Below are positions 20,569 to 31,294 of a stretch of DNA of 59,303 nt, one piece after another. Position 1 is the stretch's first letter. Every line of letters starts with the position of its first letter. The stretch covers positions 1 to 59,303 of the forward strand of contig JACQPT010000093.1 in NCBI GenBank assembly GCA_016207415.1. Direction: 5' to 3'. The DNA is from Ignavibacteriales bacterium (GTDB lineage Bacteria > Bacteroidota > Ignavibacteria > UBA10030). Both the position numbers and the translations under genes were made by a program. Below the pieces are notes generated by a model. That model saw only the letters and a list, made by a program, of their open reading frames with translations, was not told where the DNA came from and made no database searches.

Positions 20569-21236
20569 TTTCCCACCCTCTTTTCCGTAATTTTCACCAG
20601 GAAAACCCGAAGAAACCCAGTTTGCTTTACATCATCTCTCTCGTATGCGGGTATGTCATTGGCTCTCTCCCAACGGCTTACCTTGTCGTAAAGCAGAAAA
20701 CGGGAGCCGACATTCGTGAGTCCGGAAGCGGCAATGTCGGCGGGTTTAACGCTTTTCGTGTCACAAACTCAAAGCTGATAGGTTATCTCGTCGGTGTGCT
20801 CGACGGACTTAAAGGTCTTGTGGTCGTCCTGCTTGTTGAGGTTTTCGTCGGAGAGGATTTCTGGTTGAAAGCTGTTGGGTTGTTCGGCTCAGTTCTCGGA
20901 CATAATTACCCGGTTTGGCTTGGATTCAAGGGCGGCAGAGGTTTGGCAACAGCATGCGGGGGGCTGTTTCTGATCGGCGTCAGCTACACCATTGTTTGGT
21001 GCTCCATGTGGATGCTCGTGTATCGCCTCAAAAAAGACATCCTCTTAGCGAACGTTTTTTGCGTTATAGTAACGCCGATAATACTTGCGGTCATACCAGG
21101 AACGGCAATCCAGGCCGTGATGGTCACCACATCTGAAGCTTCGATATACGTTCAGTTCTCCATCTTTCTGAGCATTATCTTGCTTTTTAGTCATATTGAC
21201 GTGCTGAAGACTTTTATTAAACAAAAAACCGCTTGA
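20565..21236 (+). CDS. Second PlsY-family acyltransferase paralog
   Basis: 223 aa with GSGNVGGFN, DGLKG and GHNYPVWLGFKGGRGLATACG. The start is uncertain: TTG 20565, or TTG 20622, which would give a more typical short N-terminus. Confidence 0.8.
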   Translation: MLSHPLFRNFHQENPKKPSLLYIISLVCGYVIGSLPTAYLVVKQKTGADIRESGSGNVGGFNAFRVTNSKLIGYLVGVLDGLKGLVVVLLVEVFVGEDFWLKAVGLFGSVLGHNYPVWLGFKGGRGLATACGGLFLIGVSYTIVWCSMWMLVYRLKKDILLANVFCVIVTPIILAVIPGTAIQAVMVTTSEASIYVQFSIFLSIILLFSHIDVLKTFIKQKTA

Positions 21237-21244
21237 GGAGGACG

Positions 21245-22432
21245 ATGCAGCGCGCATACTTGAAGTTTGCTCTCATTCTGTTGATCCCGGTAATAATAGG
21301 CGTTTGGATTGGATTCTCGCTAGGTTCGGGCGACTCCCCGCAAGCGCTCGATGAGTCTTTTCAGAAATCTTTTCCTTCGGTCCAACAGACCTCTCTTCAG
21401 GATCAGATTACTTCATCCCGGCGGAATGCAATTACACAGGCCGTGGCGTCTGTGAGCCCGGCGATTTTGGGAATCAATGTCACCGAAGTGCGAGAGTTTC
21501 GGGATCCGTTTTCAAGGTTTTTTGGCGACGATCCGTTTTTCCGTCAGTTCTTTGGCGACAGGACGTATCGTCAGGAAGTCAAGGGGTTAGGCTCGGGCTT
21601 CTTCATTTCTCCGGACGGCTATATTGTCACGAACGACCACGTCGCCGGCAACGCAACAGAAATTACTATAACCCTTACGGGCGGTAAAAGGATGAGTGCT
21701 CAGCTTATCGGCACCGATCCGGCGACAGACGTAACACTCCTCAAAGTTGATGGCAAGGATCTTCCATACGTTAAGCTGGGGAATTCCGATGACATCGTCG
21801 TCGGCGAATGGGCGATAGCGCTGGGAAATCCGTTCGGTCTTTTCGAAATCAACGACAAGCCAACAGTCACGGTGGGAGTAATCAGCTCAACGGGCATGAA
21901 CCTTGGACGCATTGGCGAACACTTTTATAAAGACATGATCGAAACGGATGCCGCAATCAACGGCGGAAACAGCGGCGGTCCTTTGGTGAACAGTCTCGGC
22001 GAGGTCATCGGTGTCAATACGCTCATTTACACGGCGGGGCAGAGCTCAACATTCGTCGGCTACGGTTTTGCGATCCCCATCAATAAGGTGAAGAAGATTG
22101 TCACCGAATTGAAAAACAAGGGCAAGATTGTCCGCGATGTCTGGGTTGGGTTTGAGGCGCAACAAGTCGATAACCGCATCGCACGTTATTTCGGGTTGTC
22201 CAAAGTGGAAGGCATCATCCTGAGCGAGATTCAGTTGAAAAGTCCGGCAGAGAAGGCGGGTTTGAAGGTGGGAGACATCATTGTGGAAATCAACGGAGAC
22301 AGAATCAATGCCACGGAAGACCTTAGCTCGATTCTCGTGGATGCGAATGCAGGCGACGTATTGAATATCAAGTTTTATCGCGAACGCAAGACACTGACTG
22401 CACAATTGAAGCTTGAAAGGCAGCCGTCTTAG
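21245..22432 (+). CDS. htrA: HtrA/DegP-family periplasmic serine protease with a PDZ domain
   Basis: ATG 21245 is preceded by GAGGAGG. The N-terminus has a TM/signal segment, and the catalytic triad context is TNDHV / DVTLLKV / GNSGGPLV. A C-terminal PDZ domain is present (GLKVGDIIVEING). Confidence 0.88.
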   Translation: MQRAYLKFALILLIPVIIGVWIGFSLGSGDSPQALDESFQKSFPSVQQTSLQDQITSSRRNAITQAVASVSPAILGINVTEVREFRDPFSRFFGDDPFFRQFFGDRTYRQEVKGLGSGFFISPDGYIVTNDHVAGNATEITITLTGGKRMSAQLIGTDPATDVTLLKVDGKDLPYVKLGNSDDIVVGEWAIALGNPFGLFEINDKPTVTVGVISSTGMNLGRIGEHFYKDMIETDAAINGGNSGGPLVNSLGEVIGVNTLIYTAGQSSTFVGYGFAIPINKVKKIVTELKNKGKIVRDVWVGFEAQQVDNRIARYFGLSKVEGIILSEIQLKSPAEKAGLKVGDIIVEINGDRINATEDLSSILVDANAGDVLNIKFYRERKTLTAQLKLERQPS

Positions 22433-22470
22433 AAAAAGTTGTTCAAAAATTGCCCGGTGAAGACATACAA

Positions 22471-22520
22471 GCCGACCCCTTTCTTTCCCCCTTCGGAAGG
22501 GAAATGAAATAGGGGTCGGC
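22471..22520 (+). other. Long imperfect hairpin: outer stem GCCGACCCCT/AGGGGTCGGC, with an inner arm containing CCTTCGGAAGG
   Basis: Read directly. It lies 39 nt after the htrA stop and 70 nt before purB. No U-tract follows. Confidence 0.5.
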
Positions 22521-22589
22521 CGATAGACTTGAAATATTGCAGTGACTCATAATTCAAGATAAAAGAAAACTGGTTCGAAGCAGCTAAGT

Positions 22590-23885
22590 ATGATTGCAAG
22601 ATACACACGGCCCGAAATGGGCAAGATCTGGGAAGACGAAAACAGGTTTCGCATCTGGCTGGATATAGAACTCTACGCATGCGAAGCCCAGTCCAAGTTG
22701 GGACTCGTGCCTTCTGACGCTCTCGATGTAATTAGGTCGAAAGCAAAGTTCGATGTCGCTCGCGTGCTGGAAATCGAAGAAGAAGTGAAGCACGATGTCA
22801 TCGCGTTTCTCACGAATGTAGGTGAATACGTCGGCCCCGAGTCAAGGTTTATTCATCTTGGCATGACATCATCGGATGTGCTTGACACATCCTTAGCGGT
22901 TCAGCTCAAGCAATCGGCCGAGTTGCTGCTCAAAGACCTCGAAAATCTTAAGTCAGTCCTCGCAAGACGGGCGAAGGAGTTCAAGAACACGCTGATGATC
23001 GGCAGGACACATGGAGTACACGCGGAGCCGACGACGTTCGGCCTGAAACTGGCTCTCTGGTATGCTGAAACGTTGCGGAATATCGAAAGACTGGAAGTGG
23101 CAAAAAAGTCGATTTCAGTGGGGAAAATTTCGGGCGCCGTGGGGACATACCAGCATCTTGATCCAAGTGTGGAGCGGCATGTGTGCAAGAAACTTGGGCT
23201 AGAGCCTGATTCCATCTCGACGCAGGTTGTGCAGCGGGACCGTCACGCGGAATTTGTCAACGCACTTGCCGTCTGTGCCAGTTCTCTCGAGAAATTCGCA
23301 ACGGAAATCCGTCACCTTCAGAAAACAGAAGTGCTCGAAGTCGAAGAGCAGTTCACCAAGGGACAGAAAGGCTCTTCGGCTATGCCTCACAAGCGGAACC
23401 CAATCATTTGCGAAAGGGTCGCCGGCTTGGCGCGCGTTATTCGCGGAAATGCAATAGCGGGAATGGAGAACATCTCTTTGTGGCACGAGAGAGATATTAC
23501 GCACTCTTCTGTAGAACGAGTGATCATGCCGGATAGCTGCATACTCCTGGATTACATGATTGCGCAGTTTACAAAAGTCATGGAGAACCTGGCTGTTTAT
23601 CCGGAACACATGCAGCGGAATCTCGATGCTACACGAGGTCTGATTTTTTCGCAGGAGGTTTTGCTTGCACTTACAAAAAAAGGTATGAAACGGGAAGATG
23701 CATATCGGCTTGTGCAGGAGAAGGCGATGAAAGTCTGGCAGAACGGCCAAGATTTCAAAAACCTGATCAAGTCTGCAGAAGAAGTGAAAAAAGTCTTGAG
23801 CGACAGCGAAATCGAAGAGCTCTTTGATGCAAAAAGAAGTTTGAAACAGGTGAATTACATTTTTGAAAAAGTCGGTCTGAATTGA
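22590..23885 (+). CDS. purB: Adenylosuccinate lyase
   Basis: 431 aa with [19 protein letters not shown] and the fumarate-lyase signature [11 protein letters not shown]. Confidence 0.95.
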   Translation: MIARYTRPEMGKIWEDENRFRIWLDIELYACEAQSKLGLVPSDALDVIRSKAKFDVARVLEIEEEVKHDVIAFLTNVGEYVGPESRFIHLGMTSSDVLDTSLAVQLKQSAELLLKDLENLKSVLARRAKEFKNTLMIGRTHGVHAEPTTFGLKLALWYAETLRNIERLEVAKKSISVGKISGAVGTYQHLDPSVERHVCKKLGLEPDSISTQVVQRDRHAEFVNALAVCASSLEKFATEIRHLQKTEVLEVEEQFTKGQKGSSAMPHKRNPIICERVAGLARVIRGNAIAGMENISLWHERDITHSSVERVIMPDSCILLDYMIAQFTKVMENLAVYPEHMQRNLDATRGLIFSQEVLLALTKKGMKREDAYRLVQEKAMKVWQNGQDFKNLIKSAEEVKKVLSDSEIEELFDAKRSLKQVNYIFEKVGLN

Positions 23886-23899
23886 ACGAGGAGAGAGCT

Positions 23900-24109
23900 A
23901 TGAGACACACTTTCACGTTGGATTACTGGAAAGATGGAAGGTGGTATGTGGGAAAACTGCAAGAAGTTCCGGGCGTGTTCAGTCAAGGCAAGAGCTTGAG
24001 CGAACTTGAAAAGAATATTCGCGAAGCATACAAACTTATGCTGCAGGAGAATAGCGAAAACGTGTCAAAGGCAATCATCAAGACAAAAAGCCTTGCCATT
24101 GCAGTTTGA
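23900..24109 (+). CDS. hicB: HicB-family (UPF0150) type II antitoxin
   Basis: ATG 23900 is preceded by GAGGAG. The 69-aa product MRHTFTLDYWKDGRWYVGKLQEVPGVFSQGKSLSELEKNIREAYKLML fits the small HicB/UPF0150 fold pattern. Confidence 0.75.
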   Translation: MRHTFTLDYWKDGRWYVGKLQEVPGVFSQGKSLSELEKNIREAYKLMLQENSENVSKAIIKTKSLAIAV

Positions 24110-24295
24110 AACGGCGAGAGTTCATTCGAGAGTTGGAGCGAAGAAGGTGTTTTTTTGAAGCGTCACGGGACAAATCACGATATTTATCACAATCCTCTTT
24201 CAAAGAAGAGCGCCCCCGTTTTTCGCCATTCAGAGATCCCAGATTCACTTTGTGCCTTGATACGTAAACAGCTTGACATGGAGAAACAGGAGTAA
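24106..24295 (+). pseudogene. hicA: HicA/YcfA-family mRNA-interferase toxin gene interrupted by a single-nucleotide frameshift near 24139
   Basis: From TTG 24106 (TTGA overlap with the hicB stop), frame 1 reads LKRREFIRELE. After ~24139 the homologous sequence continues in the +1 frame as EGVFLKRHGTNHDIYHNPLSKKSAPVFRHSEIPDSLCALIRKQLDMEKQE, ending at TAA 24293-24295. Neither frame alone encodes a full HicA. Confidence 0.7.
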
Positions 24296-24298
24296 ACA

Positions 24299-25786
24299 AT
24301 GGCTCAGAAGTTTCAGAACTTTATTAACGGCAAGTGGGTTGACGCAAAGTCCGGCAGGGCGTTTGAGAACCGCAATCCCGCAAACTGGGAAGAAGTCGTC
24401 GGCACTTTCCCGAAATCGGGCAAAGAAGATGTTGATGAAGCGGTAAAAGCTGCCCGAGCTGCTTTTGAGAAATGGCGCCTCGTTCCCGCTCCGGCACGAT
24501 CTGACATTATGCGAAAACTGGGCGACTTGATGGCGCGGAGGAAGGAAGAGCTCGCGCGCGAAATGACCCGGGAGATGGGCAAAGTGCTGGCCGAAACTCG
24601 TGGCGATGTGCAGGAGGGAATTGACACAGCATACTACGCTGCTGGAGAAGGACGAAGACTCTTTGGTAAAACCGTCCCGTCTGAACTGCCGAACAAATTC
24701 GCAATGTCCATGCGAGTACCCATTGGAGTGGCAGGGGTGATTACTCCGTGGAATTTCCCCATGGCGATCCCGACATGGAAAATCTTCCCGGCGGTTTTGT
24801 CCGGCAACACTGTGGTCTTCAAACCAGCGCAGGATACTCCCAAGACGGCAACGACACTGGTAGAAATCATGATGGAGGCCGGCATCCCCGAAGCTGTCGT
24901 CAATATCGTACACGGCGGCGGTTCGGAAGTCGGAACCGCAATTGTCGGCCATCCCGATGTTGATTTGGTTTCCTTCACCGGCTCAACAGTGGTGGGAAAA
25001 CAAATATCAAAGGACGCGGCCGAAACCTTGAAGCGTGTGTCGCTTGAGCTTGGGGGCAAGAACGCTCAGATTGTTATGGACGACGCGGACCTCGACCTTG
25101 CGCTTGACGGCGTTCTGTGGGGCGCATTCGGCACGACCGGGCAGCGCTGCACGGCCACCAGCAGGCTGATTCTCCACGACAAGATCTATGAAAAGTTTAT
25201 GTCGATGCTCGTGGACAGGACAAAGAAGCTGAAACTCGGTGATGGCCTCAAGGCCGGCACCGATGTTGGGCCGTGCGTGAATGAGAGTCAGAGGAAAACT
25301 GTGGAAAGCTATGTTGAAGTCGGCAAGAAAGAGGGAGCAACATTGGTCGTTGGGGGTGCAGCAGCGAAGGGAGACGGACTGAGCAAGGGTTGGTTCCACG
25401 AGCCTACGATTTTTACTGACGTGACCCCAGCCATGCGAATAGCAAAAGAGGAGATCTTTGGGCCTATACTTTCCGTGCTCCGAGCGAAATCGCTGGAGGA
25501 TGCAATAAGGACTCTCAATAACACGATTTACGGGCTATCGTCATCCGTTTATACCAGAGATGTTAACAAGGCCTTCACTGCTATGAGAGATATTCAAGCC
25601 GGAATAACGTACATTAATGCATCAACAATCGGCGCTGAGGCGCATTTGCCGTTCGGTGGCGTGAAACAAACCGGCAATGGCCATCGTGAAGGCGGCTGGA
25701 CGGTTTACGATTTCTTCACGGAATGGAAAACCGTATACGTCGACTACAGCGGAAAGCTGCAAAGAGCGCAAATCGATAACTACTGA
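24299..25786 (+). CDS. NAD(P)-dependent aldehyde dehydrogenase; by context, a candidate piperideine-6-carboxylate / 2-aminoadipate semialdehyde dehydrogenase
   Basis: 495 aa with [22 protein letters not shown] and the catalytic Cys context GQRCTA. It lies adjacent to lat. Confidence 0.85.
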   Translation: MAQKFQNFINGKWVDAKSGRAFENRNPANWEEVVGTFPKSGKEDVDEAVKAARAAFEKWRLVPAPARSDIMRKLGDLMARRKEELAREMTREMGKVLAETRGDVQEGIDTAYYAAGEGRRLFGKTVPSELPNKFAMSMRVPIGVAGVITPWNFPMAIPTWKIFPAVLSGNTVVFKPAQDTPKTATTLVEIMMEAGIPEAVVNIVHGGGSEVGTAIVGHPDVDLVSFTGSTVVGKQISKDAAETLKRVSLELGGKNAQIVMDDADLDLALDGVLWGAFGTTGQRCTATSRLILHDKIYEKFMSMLVDRTKKLKLGDGLKAGTDVGPCVNESQRKTVESYVEVGKKEGATLVVGGAAAKGDGLSKGWFHEPTIFTDVTPAMRIAKEEIFGPILSVLRAKSLEDAIRTLNNTIYGLSSSVYTRDVNKAFTAMRDIQAGITYINASTIGAEAHLPFGGVKQTGNGHREGGWTVYDFFTEWKTVYVDYSGKLQRAQIDNY

Positions 25787-25905
25787 GACGTCAATGGAGG
25801 GCAGACCCTATATCACATCGTTGTATGAGCACCAGGAGTTCTTTTGAGTGTTTGCATCCCACTCAGTTACGATGAATTCTCAACTTATAAACTACATGGT
25901 GCTCT

Positions 25906-27324
25906 ATGTCTCAGAAGACGAAAGATGTAATCGACAAATCCAAATCCAACGGTTCGGGCGACAAGGCCGTTCTAGAGAAGCCCACCACGAAAAAACCCGT
26001 CAAGGTTCTCCCAACCGAAGTTCACTCATCCCTTTCCAGCCACATGCTTGTCGATGGCTTCGATCTCGTCGTCGACCTTCGGCGAAGCCAGGGTGCGTAC
26101 CTTTACGATTCACGCTATAACAAACGCTATCTCGATTTCTTTACGTTTTTCGCCTCTGGTTCGATTGGGTTGAACCATCCCAAAATGGTGACGCCGGAGT
26201 TTCTGGAAAAACTTGGGAGAGCCGCCGTGAACAAGCCATCTAATTCGGATGCGTACACGGTTGAGATGGCGGAATTCGTGGAAACATTCGCCCGTATTGC
26301 AAAGCCGGCTCATTTCCAGTATTTGTTTTTTGTTGACGGCGGGGCGTTGGCAAACGAGAATGCCATCAAAACGGCGTTTGACTGGAAAGTGAGGAAAAAC
26401 TTTGTCAAGGGATATACGGAAGAACGAGGGCGCCAAGTCATCCATTTCCGAAGGTCTTTCCACGGACGTAGCGGATATACACTTTCGATGACGAACACCG
26501 ACCCGACGAAGACGAACTATTTCCCGAAATTCCGCTGGCCCCGCGTTCATAATCCGGCAATTCACTTTCCTGTGAATGATGCCAGCCTTGAACAAGTGCA
26601 GAAGGAAGAGGCTCTCGCAGTGGAACAAATCAAACGCGCCATCATCAACAACGCCGATGATATTGCTGCTTTGATCATTGAGCCTATTCAAGGAGAAGGC
26701 GGGGACAATCATTTCCGCAAGGAATTCCTTGTGCAACTGAGGAACATCTGCGATGAAAACGAGATGCTCCTCATCTTTGATGAAGTTCAAACCGGCGTCG
26801 GCATCACGGGCAAGTTCTGGGCCTACGAGCATTTTGTCAAGCCGGACATGCTGACCTTCGGCAAGAAGACGCAGATCTGCGGGTTCATGTGCAGCACCCG
26901 AATCGACGACGTTCTCGAAAACGTGTTCCACAAATCGAGTCGAATCAACTCCACGTTTGGCGGCAACCTGATCGACATGGTTCGTTTCACAAAGATACTC
27001 GAAATCATCGAAGAAGACGGCCTCGTGGAGAATGCGAGAAGTATCGGTGAGCACATGATGCGTCAGCTGCAATCGCTGGAACAGGACTTCCCGGACCTTG
27101 TATCAAATGCACGAGGAAGGGGCTTGTTCTCCGCAATCGACCTCGATTCCTCTCAAAGTCGCGACCTCTTGAAACAAAAAGCGTATGAAGCCGGGTTGAT
27201 TCTGATTGGTTGCGGAGACCATTCAATCCGCTTCCGACCGCCGTTGACGCTGAAGAAAGAAGAGGTCGATGAAGGGTTCAGCATTATCCGGAAAGCGCTA
27301 AAAGAAATGATGGACGGAGAATAG
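25906..27324 (+). CDS. lat: L-lysine 6-transaminase (class III PLP aminotransferase)
   Basis: 472 aa. The long stretches HMLVDGFDLVVDL...YLDFFTFFASGSIGLNHP, NKPSNSDAYT.EMAEFVETFARI, AFDWK, FHGRSGYTLS.TNT, EPIQGEGGDNHF, IFDEVQTG, FGKKTQICG and IRFRPPLT closely resemble the actinobacterial and flavobacterial Lat sequences as I recall them. Confidence 0.9.
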   Translation: MSQKTKDVIDKSKSNGSGDKAVLEKPTTKKPVKVLPTEVHSSLSSHMLVDGFDLVVDLRRSQGAYLYDSRYNKRYLDFFTFFASGSIGLNHPKMVTPEFLEKLGRAAVNKPSNSDAYTVEMAEFVETFARIAKPAHFQYLFFVDGGALANENAIKTAFDWKVRKNFVKGYTEERGRQVIHFRRSFHGRSGYTLSMTNTDPTKTNYFPKFRWPRVHNPAIHFPVNDASLEQVQKEEALAVEQIKRAIINNADDIAALIIEPIQGEGGDNHFRKEFLVQLRNICDENEMLLIFDEVQTGVGITGKFWAYEHFVKPDMLTFGKKTQICGFMCSTRIDDVLENVFHKSSRINSTFGGNLIDMVRFTKILEIIEEDGLVENARSIGEHMMRQLQSLEQDFPDLVSNARGRGLFSAIDLDSSQSRDLLKQKAYEAGLILIGCGDHSIRFRPPLTLKKEEVDEGFSIIRKALKEMMDGE

Positions 27325-27388
27325 CTGTCGGACGTCCGACTGCTCGCCGGGGAAGAGAGGTAGAAGTCGGACTTCTTACTATAAGGTC

Positions 27389-28234
27389 ATGGAAACAGCC
27401 AGAGTTGACCACAAGGAAGCTCTCAAACTCAACGCTGAGACAGTGACAAACTTGCTCGTCCAGTTCATCAAGGATGAGACGCAAAACGCAGGTTTTTCAA
27501 AAGGAGTCATCGGCGTATCAGGCGGCGTTGATTCAGCGGTTTCGGCTTATCTCACTGCCAAAGCATTGGGGACGGGCAACACATATGCCGTCATTTTGCC
27601 GTACGAAACAGGTTCCCCGCAAAGTGTCCGAGATGCGGAACAGGTTGTTCGAGAATTAGGCATAAAGTCTGAAACAATTGACATCTCGCCCATGGTCGAT
27701 GCGTATTGTGAGAAACACAAAGTGTCAGATAAGGTCCGAAAGGGCAACGTCATGGCGCGGGTACGAATGATCGTTTTGTATGATGTTTCCGCCCGGGAAA
27801 AAGCCCTTGTTATAGGGACAAGCAATAAGACAGAACTGTTGCTCGGGTATGGAACTCTCTACGGCGACACGGCGAGCGCTATCAACCCCTTAGGCGATCT
27901 TTACAAAACCCAGGTGTGGCAGGTTGCGGAATTTCTCGGTGTGCCGAAAGGAATCGTTAGCAAGAAGCCAACGGCTGATCTCTGGGCAGGCCAAACAGAC
28001 GAGGGCGAGTTGGGGTTTACCTACCGAGAGGTTGACCAGCTTCTTTTTCAAATGATTGACGAACGTCGCTCCGATGAGGAACTCGGCAAGATGGGATTCT
28101 CGAAAGATTTCGTCAAAAAAGTCAGGTCGCTTATTCGCAAGAACCAATTCAAGCGCCGCCCGCCGGTTATCGCCAAAGTTTCCTACCGCACGCTCAATGT
28201 TGACTTCCGATATGTCCGGGATTGGGGAATCTGA
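27389..28234 (+). CDS. nadE: NH3-dependent NAD+ synthetase
   Basis: 281 aa with the PP-loop GVSGGVDSAV, GTSNKTELLLGY and TADLWAGQTDE. Confidence 0.9.
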   Translation: METARVDHKEALKLNAETVTNLLVQFIKDETQNAGFSKGVIGVSGGVDSAVSAYLTAKALGTGNTYAVILPYETGSPQSVRDAEQVVRELGIKSETIDISPMVDAYCEKHKVSDKVRKGNVMARVRMIVLYDVSAREKALVIGTSNKTELLLGYGTLYGDTASAINPLGDLYKTQVWQVAEFLGVPKGIVSKKPTADLWAGQTDEGELGFTYREVDQLLFQMIDERRSDEELGKMGFSKDFVKKVRSLIRKNQFKRRPPVIAKVSYRTLNVDFRYVRDWGI

Positions 28235-28955
28235 CCGACCTTTCGAAGGTCAAAGGAGATCCCAGGAAGAGCTTCGAAAGACCGCAGGTACCCTCTATAT
28301 CGTTGCAACACCCATCGGAAACCTCGAAGACATTAGTTCCCGCGCAGTCAAAGTCCTTTCCTCAGTTGACTTGATAGCCGCCGAAGACACGCGCAAATCG
28401 AAGATCCTTCTCGACCACTATAGGATATCCAAGCCGATGCTGAGTTACTTCAGTTATAATGAAAAAGCTCGCGCACCGCAACTCATCGAAAAACTGCTGG
28501 CCGGACAATCCGTCGCGCTCATCTCTGATGCGGGAACGCCGGGAATCTCAGATCCCGCTTACCACGTTGTCACGCAAGCCATTGCAAACAGAATACCGAT
28601 TGTTCCCATCCCCGGACCCTCGGCTTTCCTCAGCGCTCTCATTGTGAGTGGATTGGACATGCGAGGATTTGCGTACGAAGGATTCTTGCCGCAGAAAAAG
28701 GGACGAAAAACACGTCTGGAATCCCTCAAAACGGAACCCCGAACAATAGTTTTCTATGAATCACCTTACAGAGTCTTGAAGACCTTAAAGGAAATCCATG
28801 AAACTTGGGGGGATCGGAAGATCGTGGTTTGTAGAGAATTGACCAAAAAGTTTGAGGAAATCGTCCGCGGAAGAGTCTCATCAGTCCTTAAGGAACTCTC
28901 CAAAAAGCCCACACGGGGTGAGTATGTTATCCTCGTGGGCGGCTCCCCCTCTTGA
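28212..28955 (+). CDS. rsmI: 16S rRNA (cytidine1402-2'-O)-methyltransferase
   Basis: The ORF-track frame starts at 28056, inside nadE. I use ATG 28212. Motifs are LYIVATPIGNLEDIS, AEDTR, SDAGTPGISDPG-like and FYESPYR. Confidence 0.88.
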   Translation: MSGIGESDRPFEGQRRSQEELRKTAGTLYIVATPIGNLEDISSRAVKVLSSVDLIAAEDTRKSKILLDHYRISKPMLSYFSYNEKARAPQLIEKLLAGQSVALISDAGTPGISDPAYHVVTQAIANRIPIVPIPGPSAFLSALIVSGLDMRGFAYEGFLPQKKGRKTRLESLKTEPRTIVFYESPYRVLKTLKEIHETWGDRKIVVCRELTKKFEEIVRGRVSSVLKELSKKPTRGEYVILVGGSPS

Positions 28956-28980
28956 CAAAGAGCCTTTTCTGCCGTATATT
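28952..28980 (+). promoter_or_regulatory. Sigma-70-type promoter for groESL (TTGACA, 17 nt spacer, TATATT)
   Basis: Read directly: -35 at 28952-28957, a 17-nt spacer, and -10 at 28975-28980. It straddles the rsmI stop and abuts CIRCE. Confidence 0.6.
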
Positions 28981-29005
28981 AGCACTCACAAACGAAGAGT
29001 GCTAA
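28979..29005 (+). promoter_or_regulatory. CIRCE operator (HrcA binding site), TTAGCACTC-N9-GAGTGCTAA
   Basis: Exact match to the CIRCE consensus inverted repeat, 56 nt upstream of the groES ATG. Confidence 0.92.
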
Positions 29006-29060
29006 TCTCTCTTAGCCCCACAAGTCATTCAATATCAATACCTTAAAAGGAGGTCATTTT

Positions 29061-31005
<1,945 letters not shown>

Positions 31006-31020
31006 GCACCAAACACCAGG

Positions 31021-31051
31021 AAACAGCCTCTGCGCGGAGCTGTTTTCTTTC
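31021..31051 (+). terminator. Intrinsic terminator 1 after groEL (9-bp bulged stem AAACAGC(C)TC/GAGCTGTTT followed by TCTTTC)
   Basis: Read directly, 16 nt after the groEL stop. Confidence 0.6.
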
Positions 31052-31062
31052 AAGACTCAGGA

Positions 31063-31098
31063 CCCCTTCACAGCTCATCGTGAAGGGGTTTCTCTTTC
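31063..31098 (+). terminator. Intrinsic terminator 2 after groEL (CCCCTTCAC agctcatc GTGAAGGGG followed by TTTCTCTTTC)
   Basis: Perfect 9-bp GC-rich stem followed by a T-rich tract. Confidence 0.7.
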
Positions 31099-31254
31099 TG
31101 GCACTCCTCGAGCTCATCCTAATCGCCATCCTCCAGCGGCGAGTGGAATTTACGCTGCCGTGGCTCTGATTACCTTCCTCCATCAAGTTCTGTAAGAACC
31201 CTCATACGAGAACTGTAATCTGAAAATTACCACTCTTGCACGATTGCAATCCTG

Positions 31255-31294
31255 ATGCGCCGTCGTTATTCTGGGCGCATTGTTTTTCTGTTTC
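31255..31294 (+). terminator. Orphan terminator-like hairpin (ATGCGCC N12 GGCGCAT followed by TGTTTTTCTGTTTC) in a gene-free region
   Basis: Read directly. The polarity (T-tract 3' on the + strand) indicates a + strand transcript, but no supported CDS ends here. Confidence 0.45.

Noticed and set aside
26110-27072. A 320-aa minus-strand ORF inside lat. Similar long antisense ORFs occur at 37223-38026, 16753-17529, 18669-19433, 11470-12204, 24245-24952, 15711-16388, 40447-41124 and 41397-42059.
   Set aside because: Each lies antisense to a + strand gene with strong family motifs (lat, GT9, queA, plsY, lpxB, ALDH, ppdK, CPBP/Zn-ribbon, cdsA). None shows recognisable domains. They are probably a codon-bias artefact.
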